Origin: Fibrobacteria bacterium
Lineage (GTDB): Bacteria; Fibrobacterota; Fibrobacteria; UBA11236
Direction of reading: 5' to 3'
DNA length: 64,000 nucleotides
NCBI GenBank assembly: GCA_041746255.1
Contig: JBGTHM010000067.1
Location: 11,254-75,253, forward strand
Shown: one piece after another, positions 29,327 to 37,847 of the stretch
How the letters are laid out: every line of letters begins with the position of its first letter
Numbering within the stretch: the stretch's first letter is position 1
Notes under the pieces: generated by a model
The model's database searches: none
The model's input: only the letters and a program-made list of their open reading frames with translations
What the model was told of the DNA's origin: nothing
Made by a program: the position numbers and the translations under genes

Positions 29327-30355
29327 ATGGTCACATTTGCACCCTCTGCATGGCCTCCTGCACCCAGTTCCTTGGAAGCTGCGGAGCCGCGTTTCGATAT
29401 TTCCATCGTGGTTCCCATGTACAATGAGGAAGAATCCATAGAACCCATGTATCGGGCGATTACCGGCACCCTCGCCAGTATAAACCTAAAGGCCGAAATC
29501 ATTTTCGTAGATGACGGAAGCAAAGACAACACTTTTAAGCGGGCCAAAGAATTGGCTGCCCAAGACGACCGGCTCCGGGTCATCAAATTCCGCAAGAATT
29601 ACGGCCAAACCCCCGCCATGGCCGCCGGAATTGATCATGCCCGAGGCGAGGTTCTCATCACCATGGACGGCGACCTGCAGAACGACCCCCGCGATATCCA
29701 GGCCTTTTTGGAACAAATCGCTCTAGGCTACGATATCGTATGCGGCATCCGGCAAAAACGCCAGGACAAACTGATATCCCGGAAAATCCCTTCCAAAATC
29801 GCCAACTGGTTAATCGGAAAAGTAACCGGCGTCCCTATCAAGGATAATGGATGCTCGCTTAAGGCCTACCGAGCCGTGCTGATTAAAAAGGTGCCGCTGT
29901 ATTCGGAAATGCATCGGTTCATACCCGCCATGGCTTCGTTGGCGGGCGCCCAAGTCACGCAAATTCCGGTCCGCCACCATGCCCGGCAATTCGGACAATC
30001 CAAATACGGTTTGTCCCGCACTTATCGGGTCTTGCTCGATTTATTGACCATCAAAACCATTGTTGCTTATGTTGCCCGGCCCTTATACTGGTTTTCGCTT
30101 ATGTCCTTGCTGGCTTTCGGACTCTCCGCCCTGGCCTTTTTCGCGGGTGTCGTGGAACTGTGGCAGGATCCATCTCATCCCAAAGTGGTAATGTTGGGAC
30201 TCAGCCAGATTTTCGCCATGCTGGGGATTTCCCTGGTTTTTTCCGGCGTACTATGCGAAATGATTTATAAATTCGGCGATCTGAAAATAGAGGCATTGTC
30301 CAAGATCCGAGCGCAGCGGTTCGGCTTCGACAAGGAGGTAAAACATGGCGGATAG
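29327..30355 (+). CDS. GT2 ArnC/GtrB-like polyprenol-phosphate glycosyltransferase (intact motifs)
   Basis: VVPMYNEEE, FVDDGSKD, NYGQT, ITMDGDLQNDP, DNGCSLKAYR, YSEMHRFIP; two C-terminal TM segments. Confidence 0.92.
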   Translation: MVTFAPSAWPPAPSSLEAAEPRFDISIVVPMYNEEESIEPMYRAITGTLASINLKAEIIFVDDGSKDNTFKRAKELAAQDDRLRVIKFRKNYGQTPAMAAGIDHARGEVLITMDGDLQNDPRDIQAFLEQIALGYDIVCGIRQKRQDKLISRKIPSKIANWLIGKVTGVPIKDNGCSLKAYRAVLIKKVPLYSEMHRFIPAMASLAGAQVTQIPVRHHARQFGQSKYGLSRTYRVLLDLLTIKTIVAYVARPLYWFSLMSLLAFGLSALAFFAGVVELWQDPSHPKVVMLGLSQIFAMLGISLVFSGVLCEMIYKFGDLKIEALSKIRAQRFGFDKEVKHGG

Positions 30356-31289
30356 GCCTTTCATTTCCGCGGTGATTCCCATCACGGATGGGCGGTACGA
30401 TGGCATCGAAGAGGTCTATTATGCCTACAAAAAGGCGCTGAACGATCAGAGCCTCGACAGCGAATTCATCTATGTACTCGACGGAGCCTATCCCGAAATT
30501 TTCGCGCAGCTCAAAGCCTTGCGTGAAAACGGTGAAGACGTGAAAATCATCAAGTTTGCCCAATGGTTCGGGGAGTCCGCGGCACTCTCCATGGGATTCG
30601 AAAATGCTTCCGGAGAGATTCTGCTTTCCCTTCCCGCCTATTATCAGGTCGAACCCGAAGAACTCGTGAAAGTGATTGAAGCCCTGGACGAGAACAGCGA
30701 CATGATCATCGGCCGCCGCAATCCCCGCTCCGATTCAATAGTGAAAAGGGCGCAAACCTGGACCTTTCATTTTCTCCTAAGGCTCTTAACCCAATTCCCT
30801 TTCCGTGACCTGGGATGTAGCGTGCGCGCCATCAAGAAAAAGGTGATGGAAGAGGTGCAGATATACGGCGACTTGCACCGCTTTCTGCCCGTATTAGCCT
30901 ACCGGCAGGGTTTCCGGGTCAAGGAAATCGAACTGAAACAATCCCGAAAGAACAGCTCTCCCGTAATCTATGCGCCGGGCATCTACCTGCGGCGTCTGCT
31001 GGATATTCTCACTGTACTATTCGTGGTCAAGTTCACCAAAAAACCGCTGCGCTTCTTCGGACTTCTGGGTACTACGCTTTTCGGAATTGGAGCTCTAACG
31101 GGATTGGCATTACTCGTGCAAAGGGTGTTCTTCCACATGGCCCTGGCCGATAGGCCCATCATTCTGGTGCCCGCCCTGCTTTTGACCCTGGGTGTGCAAT
31201 TTTTTGCCATCGGACTGATCGGAGAAATCCTGATATTTACCCATGCCAACCAAATGAAAGAATACACGGTCGAAGAAATCGTTAACTGA
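30345..31289 (+). CDS. GT2 ArnC-like paralogue with degenerate catalytic motifs
   Basis: Keeps DLGCSVRA, YGDLHRFLP, KPLRFFG and two TMs, but has YVLDGAY and LSLPAYYQVEP in place of VDDGS and MDGDLQNDP. Confidence 0.8.
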   Translation: MADRPFISAVIPITDGRYDGIEEVYYAYKKALNDQSLDSEFIYVLDGAYPEIFAQLKALRENGEDVKIIKFAQWFGESAALSMGFENASGEILLSLPAYYQVEPEELVKVIEALDENSDMIIGRRNPRSDSIVKRAQTWTFHFLLRLLTQFPFRDLGCSVRAIKKKVMEEVQIYGDLHRFLPVLAYRQGFRVKEIELKQSRKNSSPVIYAPGIYLRRLLDILTVLFVVKFTKKPLRFFGLLGTTLFGIGALTGLALLVQRVFFHMALADRPIILVPALLLTLGVQFFAIGLIGEILIFTHANQMKEYTVEEIVN

Positions 31290-31313
31290 ACGCACGCCAG
31301 GTCGAGACTCGCA

Positions 31314-32930
31314 TTGCCATACGAATTCACCATCCATCCGGAAATGATAGCCCAGTTCGCCGCCTTTACCGGCGATTTCAACTCCATGCACTTGGACGAG
31401 GAAATCGCACGGAAGTCACGCTTTCGCGCACGAGTGGCGCATGGAATGCTTTCCTTTTCCTTCCTCAGTTGCATTCAGCAGGATTTTCCGGAAAGTAAAG
31501 TCCGCTTTAAATCGTTGGAGGCGCGATTTTTAAAACCGGTTTTTCCCGGTGACCGCCTGAGCCTTCACTTCGATTACCCCGAGCCCGAAGCCGACACCCG
31601 AAAATTCACGGCGGTATGGTCCGCAATGCCCGGTGGGGACGTCCGTATCAAAGCTTCCGGTACCTTCGCATTGACTGCACCCGCCAAGCAAGCCATCCCT
31701 GGACATGACGCCCCCAAATTGTTTCTCAAGGATCAGCCGGAAGAAGCGGCATTGACACTGAGCGACCTTGAAGGCCGGGAAGCCACGCTCGATTTCAAAC
31801 TGGACTCTGCCTCCCTTTCAACCTTCTCTCACATACTGTCGGATCAAGCGGAGCCCTTTGCCCGATCCACTCCCTTATGTCCCAATCTGGCCGCTACCCT
31901 CTTGCTCTCTACCTTGGTCGGAATGCGTTTGCCGGGTCGCTTCGCCACGTTCACGTCCTTCAAAATCGTCTTCGACCCTAATATCGAAGCCGACATACCC
32001 TATCGCCTTCACGGAGCCGTAAAGAAAGTCTTGCCGGCCAGTGAATCATTGGAATTATCCATAGCCATTCATTCTGAAACGGGTGTGGCCTTCGCCGGCG
32101 GCAACGTAAAGAGCCTGATAAGCCCTCCTCCCCGCACCATGCCGGGATGCGCCGATATCCTGGCCAATTACACCCATTTGGGACTGCGCGACAAGGTGGT
32201 GCTGATCACCGGCGCCAGCCGAGGCATAGGCGAAACTACCGGAAAATTATTCGCCATGCATGGCGCTAAAGTGGTGGTGCATTATTTCAAAGGCAAAAAA
32301 GATGCCGAAGCCATTGTTAAGGATATTCGCGATAACGGTGGAAAGGCCATTTCTCTGGCTTGCGATATACGCAATGAAACGGATGTCGCATCCTTGGTTG
32401 CGGCTGTTTTGGAAAATTTCGGCTCCATCGATGTGCTGGTCAATAATGCCGTCCGCGAGTTCCAACCCAAGAACCTGCTGGATCTCGAATGGAGCGATTA
32501 TCTGGGAGAATTGGAAGTCTCGCTGAAAGGCATGCACAATTGCTGCCGTGAAATAATTCCCCATTTCAAAAAGCAAAAGTCCGGAAAAATCATCAACCTT
32601 TCCAGCCTGGTAGTGGACCATCCGGTTACGGGTCAGAACCAATACATCACGGCGAAAAGCGCGGTGGTCGGTTATACACGCAGCCTCGCCACCGAATTGC
32701 TCAAGCATAACATTCAAGTCAACCTGGTAGCCCCCAACATGGCGGAAACCGATTTGCTGTCATCCATCCCGGCCGAATTCGTCAAGCGCATTGGGCAGGA
32801 AAGAGCCTATGGACGTAATTTATCCCCTATGGAAGTGGCGTTGAGCATTCTTTATTTGGCGTCGCCCTGGACGGACGGCATCACCGGGCAGAAAATTGTT
32901 CTGAATCTCGGAGAGCCGCCTTTTGCCTAA
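31314..32930 (+). CDS. Double hot-dog (MaoC-like) dehydratase fused to an SDR ketoreductase
   Basis: FAAFTGDFNSMH...VAHGML (MaoC); second hot-dog STLVGMRLPG; TGASRGIG, LVNNA, YITAK. Confidence 0.88.
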   Translation: MPYEFTIHPEMIAQFAAFTGDFNSMHLDEEIARKSRFRARVAHGMLSFSFLSCIQQDFPESKVRFKSLEARFLKPVFPGDRLSLHFDYPEPEADTRKFTAVWSAMPGGDVRIKASGTFALTAPAKQAIPGHDAPKLFLKDQPEEAALTLSDLEGREATLDFKLDSASLSTFSHILSDQAEPFARSTPLCPNLAATLLLSTLVGMRLPGRFATFTSFKIVFDPNIEADIPYRLHGAVKKVLPASESLELSIAIHSETGVAFAGGNVKSLISPPPRTMPGCADILANYTHLGLRDKVVLITGASRGIGETTGKLFAMHGAKVVVHYFKGKKDAEAIVKDIRDNGGKAISLACDIRNETDVASLVAAVLENFGSIDVLVNNAVREFQPKNLLDLEWSDYLGELEVSLKGMHNCCREIIPHFKKQKSGKIINLSSLVVDHPVTGQNQYITAKSAVVGYTRSLATELLKHNIQVNLVAPNMAETDLLSSIPAEFVKRIGQERAYGRNLSPMEVALSILYLASPWTDGITGQKIVLNLGEPPFA

Positions 32931-32942
32931 AGCCACAAATCC

Positions 32943-33926
32943 ATGACAATACCTCGATCCGCTGCGCTTGCGCTGAAACTCACCTTCAGCCTGGGTCTTT
33001 TGGTTGTCCTACTTTTACTCGTCGATATTGAGGAAGTTCGCCAGACTCTCAGCGAAGTTATTCCAATTTACATGGTTGGCGCTGTTTTCTTGGTCATGTG
33101 CGATAGACTTTTAGCTGCACTGCGAACCTTTCAATTGCTTAGATCGACGGGTGTCAGCATTCGCTTCCGCGAAATGCTTCGACTAACCTGGATGTGCGAT
33201 TTTCTAAGCATTTTTCTTCCGGGCAGCCTCGCCGGTGATGCGATGCGTATCTACGGAATCTCCAGGGGTTATACCTCCCTTGCACCCGCTATTTCCGTCA
33301 TTGCTTTGGAGAGGTTATTCGGCATATTTACCTTGCTAAGCACCGCCGCCATTGGAGCGCTTCTGGGCTATATAACTGGGTTATTGAGCTTGGACCAATT
33401 TATCTCGATTTCCTTGATTTTTGGCGGTAGTACTGCACTTTTGGCGGTTGCCGCATTAATGGGTCCACGCATTCTGACCAGCCGTTTTTTCGAATTACAT
33501 GCACTGCTTTTGAAATTCCGTTCTTTGCTCAATACCTTATTCGAATTCAGGTCGAAAAAAAGGACACTCACATACACTATTTTGATTTCTTTCGGAATGC
33601 AGGCTACACGCGCCCTTCTGGTAATGGTAATCGCCATTGGCGTCGGTATCCATGTCGATGCGATATACTTCCTGATCATGGTTCCGATTGGCACCCTGAT
33701 TACCATGGTTCCCATATCCGTAGGCGGCTGGGGTGTTCAGGAAGGAGCCTATGTCTTTCTTATGAAAACCGTAGGCGTACCCGGATCCCGGGCCTTCGTA
33801 CTATCCGTGTTGACCACGTTCGCTGGAATCTTGGTCGCCTTGCCGGGCGCACTGATCTATTTAAAATTCGGTTTGAAGAAAAAGCTGCCTGAATTGGAAG
33901 GTGCGGACTGGGAAAAGCTTTCGTAG
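32943..33926 (+). CDS. LPG_synthase_TM / UPF0104-family membrane protein (flippase-like)
   Basis: FLPGSLAGDAMR, ERLFG, VPISVGGWGVQEG; multiple TM segments. Confidence 0.85.
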   Translation: MTIPRSAALALKLTFSLGLLVVLLLLVDIEEVRQTLSEVIPIYMVGAVFLVMCDRLLAALRTFQLLRSTGVSIRFREMLRLTWMCDFLSIFLPGSLAGDAMRIYGISRGYTSLAPAISVIALERLFGIFTLLSTAAIGALLGYITGLLSLDQFISISLIFGGSTALLAVAALMGPRILTSRFFELHALLLKFRSLLNTLFEFRSKKRTLTYTILISFGMQATRALLVMVIAIGVGIHVDAIYFLIMVPIGTLITMVPISVGGWGVQEGAYVFLMKTVGVPGSRAFVLSVLTTFAGILVALPGALIYLKFGLKKKLPELEGADWEKLS

Positions 33927-34023
33927 CAAGTATGATTAGAAGCGCCCATTTTACGAGTGGAACCGAGTAAAAAGCAGGCAAAAGTGGGAATAATTCCTTC
34001 TGCTGACTCTTTCCCCTTGCCTT

Positions 34024-34041
34024 TACATCATTTATGACGTA
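34024..34041. promoter_or_regulatory. Palindromic operator upstream of the TA remnant
   Basis: TACATCAT-TT-ATGACGTA, 7/8 complementary. Confidence 0.5.
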
Positions 34042-34176
34042 TTCGTATTATCGTACGCCTTTACAAAAACTAGCGCTCGGGTTCCGGAAGACCAAATAAA
34101 AAAAGCCCTGAAATGCCGGGAAGATGTAATACGGCGGTTTAAAAAAGGAGAGGATTTGTATGATTCATTTCACTGA
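34042..34176 (+). pseudogene. C-terminal remnant of a RelE/HigB-like toxin
   Basis: Frame reads FVLSYAFTKTSARVPEDQIKKALKCREDVIRRFKKGEDLYDSFH* and overlaps the antitoxin start. In-frame TAA at 33991 with no ATG/GTG/TTG between it and the remnant. Confidence 0.65.
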
Positions 34177-34588
34177 GCATCTTAAGGTGAAGCTCAAAGA
34201 GAAAAAATTCTCGGCGGCTTATGAAAAGGAACTCCATATAGTCCGGTTAGCTGTGGAAGTGGCACAGGCTAGGGAGCGGCAGGGATTGTCACAATCGGTA
34301 TTAGCGGCCCGCGCTGAAATTACGCAGCAACAACTTTCAAAAGTGGAGAATGCCAAAGCCTGCAATGTGGAAACCCTATTGAAAATTGTCGACGCATTGG
34401 GAATGGAATTGACCTTGCGTCCCAGTAAGGCTGCTCGATCACATAAACTTCTAAGGAAGCCGGGAAAGAGGCTGGGAGGACGAACACGCGGCAGTGATAC
34501 CGCGAATGCAATTAGAAAGAATTCGCGAAAGAAGCCAACAGGTGTTTCAAAAAAGTCGGGGCATGGTCGGAGCGCGGTCGCGAAGTAA
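34160..34588 (+). CDS. XRE-family HTH protein, HigA-like antitoxin with a basic tail
   Basis: FSAAYEKE...ARERQGLSQSVLAARAEITQQQLSKVEN...TLLKIVDALG; AAGGAG SD. Confidence 0.85.
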   Translation: MIHFTEHLKVKLKEKKFSAAYEKELHIVRLAVEVAQARERQGLSQSVLAARAEITQQQLSKVENAKACNVETLLKIVDALGMELTLRPSKAARSHKLLRKPGKRLGGRTRGSDTANAIRKNSRKKPTGVSKKSGHGRSAVAK

Positions 34589-34603
34589 TAAATACCCGTA
34601 GAA

Positions 34604-35314
34604 TTATTTTTTCACGGCCTTAATCCCCATAATCACGGGATAATACCCATCGTAACCGTCCAAGCAGGATTTGTCCTTTAAATCTTCCTGGCTCGCTCCC
34701 ATAAGAAAAGCAACCGCCGCGGATAAATTACCGTAGCATTCAAAATACTCCGGCTTCCCGAAAACCCCTTCAATCACCTTTTCCGCCGAACGTGGGGTGA
34801 AACGCCAGAAATCGCCCCATGCCTTGTCGTCATTAGGACTTATTTGGGATATACCTGCAACGGTGATGAGAGCGGTCCCTCCCGGCTTTAAAAGTTTATG
34901 AATCCCCTCTACGGCAGCCTTTAAATCGTAAATGAAATTCAAAGTCTGGGTACAGATAAAACAATCCGCGATTCCGGCTTGGGAGTCGGGAACTTGAGTT
35001 AAGTCGACAATGAGATTTGCGCCTTTAACCTCGGTTGTGGGTGCCAGAATGTATGTCTTATTAATCCTATCGCCCCCGAACCTGCGGATATAGGTATCTT
35101 CGGCAATTTCAATGGCGTCGCCCTTTACGGAAGCGCTTTGGGACTGTAGAAAGGATTCGATGTAATAGCGATCTATCGGGGTTCCCCTTTCCCGTCCGAA
35201 TCTTCGGCTTATGGGTGTAATCGTCTCCAATCCCGTCAATGTCCATGGTTTGAACCGGCGGTAATATCTCCCCCTGGCTTTCCGAGCCCAATTTATCGCC
35301 CATTTGGTTAACAT
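34604..35314 (-). CDS. Class I SAM-dependent methyltransferase (polysaccharide-locus type)
   Basis: PISRRFGRERGTPIDRYYIE, DCFICTQTL, LLKPGG, DFWRFT. Confidence 0.85.
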   Translation of the reverse strand: MLTKWAINWARKARGRYYRRFKPWTLTGLETITPISRRFGRERGTPIDRYYIESFLQSQSASVKGDAIEIAEDTYIRRFGGDRINKTYILAPTTEVKGANLIVDLTQVPDSQAGIADCFICTQTLNFIYDLKAAVEGIHKLLKPGGTALITVAGISQISPNDDKAWGDFWRFTPRSAEKVIEGVFGKPEYFECYGNLSAAVAFLMGASQEDLKDKSCLDGYDGYYPVIMGIKAVKK

Positions 35315-35341
35315 GTGAACCTCATTTTTCTTTCTGCGTAA

Positions 35342-36463
35342 CTAGAGCTGGTCATAAATTTGCGTGTAAGCCCGTGCGGTAGTTTTGATATCATAGGTTT
35401 TGCTGAGCTTGCGGGATTTTTCCGCCAAACCTGAGCGCAGATCAGCGTCTTCCAGCAAGCGGCCCCATTTTTCCGCTAAGTCGCCTGAATCTTGGGAGCG
35501 GAAAAAGAGCGCCGCAGATCCAGGGTCGAGCATGGCCTTCAGCCCTTCGCAATCGGAAGCCAGAATGGCTTTACCCGAAGCCATCGCCTCGCCTGCCGCA
35601 ATCGACATTCCCTCGGAAAGCGAAGCCATGATAAAAACATCCAGCACTTGCAATAAGCGGGGTACGTCGGTACGATGTCCAAGAAAACGAACTTGTCTCT
35701 CAATTCCAAGACTTAAAACCGAATCCTTCAACTCACCCAATAAGGGTCCGTCTCCAATGATGAGCAGCACGGAATCGGGAAAGCGATCCCGAATAGATGG
35801 CATGGCCTCCAGAATAAAACGATGCCCCTTTATCGGATCGAGTCTGCCAATGGCGCCTGATATTAAACTGGATTCGGATATACCCAGCTCCGCCTTCAGT
35901 GCAGTTAGGGCTGCGGGATCCAGCGTGGGAAAGTTTCCTAACGGAACTCCATTGGGAATTACCTGGAGGTTTTCCGGCAACACGCTGCGACGAGCTACCA
36001 TGAACCGTCGTACATTTTCCGATACTGCAATCGCTTGGCCATTGAGTGGGCTGAGCATGCTATCAGCCACCTTTTGATAAAGGGGAGAGGCATCCATAGC
36101 CATGTGTTCTTGCAAAACCACCGGAGTCCCGGTCAAGAAGCCTGCCAAGCGGCCGAAATTCCAGGATGCATAACCATGTAAATGCAGAATCCGAGGTTTT
36201 TCACGGCGAACTATCCGGATTAAACTGAATACCGTAAAAACGTTAAATTTTCCGAGATTGAGACTGACAATGGAAATGTGTTTGGCGGACTCAGGAGGAG
36301 TCACTGGTAAATCACGCCGTAGCCCCACGATTTTAAATGCATAGCTTTCGCGGTCAATTTCGGGAAGGAGATAGAAAAGAATTTGTAAGGCTCCATGGAT
36401 GGATGAGCCTCCCACACTAAACTTATCCATAATATGGATAATCAATTTTTTTTCTTGCCGCAT
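35342..36463 (-). CDS. GT4 glycosyltransferase
   Basis: LHLHG, IAVS, IPNGV, GRLDPIKGH, SLSEGMSIAAGEAMASG. Confidence 0.9.
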   Translation of the reverse strand: MRQEKKLIIHIMDKFSVGGSSIHGALQILFYLLPEIDRESYAFKIVGLRRDLPVTPPESAKHISIVSLNLGKFNVFTVFSLIRIVRREKPRILHLHGYASWNFGRLAGFLTGTPVVLQEHMAMDASPLYQKVADSMLSPLNGQAIAVSENVRRFMVARRSVLPENLQVIPNGVPLGNFPTLDPAALTALKAELGISESSLISGAIGRLDPIKGHRFILEAMPSIRDRFPDSVLLIIGDGPLLGELKDSVLSLGIERQVRFLGHRTDVPRLLQVLDVFIMASLSEGMSIAAGEAMASGKAILASDCEGLKAMLDPGSAALFFRSQDSGDLAEKWGRLLEDADLRSGLAEKSRKLSKTYDIKTTARAYTQIYDQL

Positions 36464-36491
36464 AAATTCAATTGCTTCTATTGCTTAAGCG

Positions 36492-37724
36492 TTATGGGGT
36501 TTCTGCAATTCTTATCTGGTATTTTTCGATTTCTTTATTTTTATTCCCGTACTCGCGAGAAGAAGAGAATTTCCGTTTCAATGTATGGGCAAAACCCTTA
36601 CGATTTTTACCGGGTAACATGGTGAGGTACTCTTCCTGAGAACGAAGCATGAACTTGGGATAGTCTTTATCGGGGTGACAGGCAAACCCGCGCGTAGCGC
36701 CCAGGTGTAAAACCGCATAGCCAAGGGCTTTTGCCCGTACAGCCATGCGCTCCGAACCTATAAACCAGGGGTTACAGAAGTGTCGAACTACTTTTCCGGG
36801 CAAGCGGCTTTCAATACGGACTTTGGATTCGCGTAATTCGAAATCAAGAGCCGCGTCTCTCTGAGCAGGAGTTTCGTAACTATCCTGTAATTTATTTTTC
36901 CGGCTAAAATCGGTGCAAATTTGAAAGAGTCCTTTTTTCCAATCAGGCCTGGAGAAATAGTCAACTCCTCCATTTTCCGATACCCACTTCTCACAAGCCG
37001 CTCGCACCCGTAAATCATCGAAATACCGGGCTCTACCCGCGTAGCGTGACGCGGAAGCATAAATCGGATGACCCGCAATGTTTTCACGGCGGTCTCCTTC
37101 TTCGGTACCATCGCCGTAAAAGGGTATTTGGGAGTTTCCGAAATAATAGATGCCGGATTCAATGCCGACAAAATCAATTATGCGTGGCGAAACACTAACC
37201 AATGGATGATAAAGACCGTGGGATTGAAAATCAATCACGCCGCTGTCGTGCATGTATTTGATTTGCGCCCAGGAGCATAAAGCCACCGTGGTTTTCTCGG
37301 CAGGCAAAGCGGCTTGCTGACGCGAGAGGTCCTTTTCTGTTAATGGCTGCCCCTCCTCTATCAATCCCGGTAAAATGAATGAAATCGCTTTGTACTCATA
37401 TTTTTTGAGCAAAGGAAATGCGACATGCCATAGCGATATCAAGCCATCGTCGAAAGTCAGAACGATTTCTTTTCCGTTATTCCGGTAAGCCGGATCCTGT
37501 AAACGGCTTTCCAACTCCGTGGCATCCAGAGTGATATAACCGTTTGATTTCAAGAACGCAAGTTGCGCCTCAAAGTGGTCCGGCTCGACCGCATGGAAAC
37601 AAAAGTTCGGAATATCCTCGAACCGGTTTTTCCCATAGATGAATTGCGGCATTTTCCCGGTCGCGAAAGCCTGGATCTCCGGAAAATTTTTTTTGAGACT
37701 TCGGCCGAGCTTTTGGAGTAACAT
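36492..37724 (-). CDS. Polysaccharide deacetylase (CE4/NodB-like) with an internal insertion
   Basis: FCFH, IVLTFDDG, FQSHGLYH, RHFCNPW; start uncertain. Confidence 0.8.
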   Translation of the reverse strand: MLLQKLGRSLKKNFPEIQAFATGKMPQFIYGKNRFEDIPNFCFHAVEPDHFEAQLAFLKSNGYITLDATELESRLQDPAYRNNGKEIVLTFDDGLISLWHVAFPLLKKYEYKAISFILPGLIEEGQPLTEKDLSRQQAALPAEKTTVALCSWAQIKYMHDSGVIDFQSHGLYHPLVSVSPRIIDFVGIESGIYYFGNSQIPFYGDGTEEGDRRENIAGHPIYASASRYAGRARYFDDLRVRAACEKWVSENGGVDYFSRPDWKKGLFQICTDFSRKNKLQDSYETPAQRDAALDFELRESKVRIESRLPGKVVRHFCNPWFIGSERMAVRAKALGYAVLHLGATRGFACHPDKDYPKFMLRSQEEYLTMLPGKNRKGFAHTLKRKFSSSREYGNKNKEIEKYQIRIAETP

Positions 37725-37847
37725 TAGCCGAAAATATACCAAACGATTTGGATTTCCCCGATTTCATCCCCTGGCCAACCCCCAATTGGAAAGGGCTTGG
37801 AGATGAAGTAAAATTAACGGCGGTCTCCCTTAAGTACTCAAACAAAT

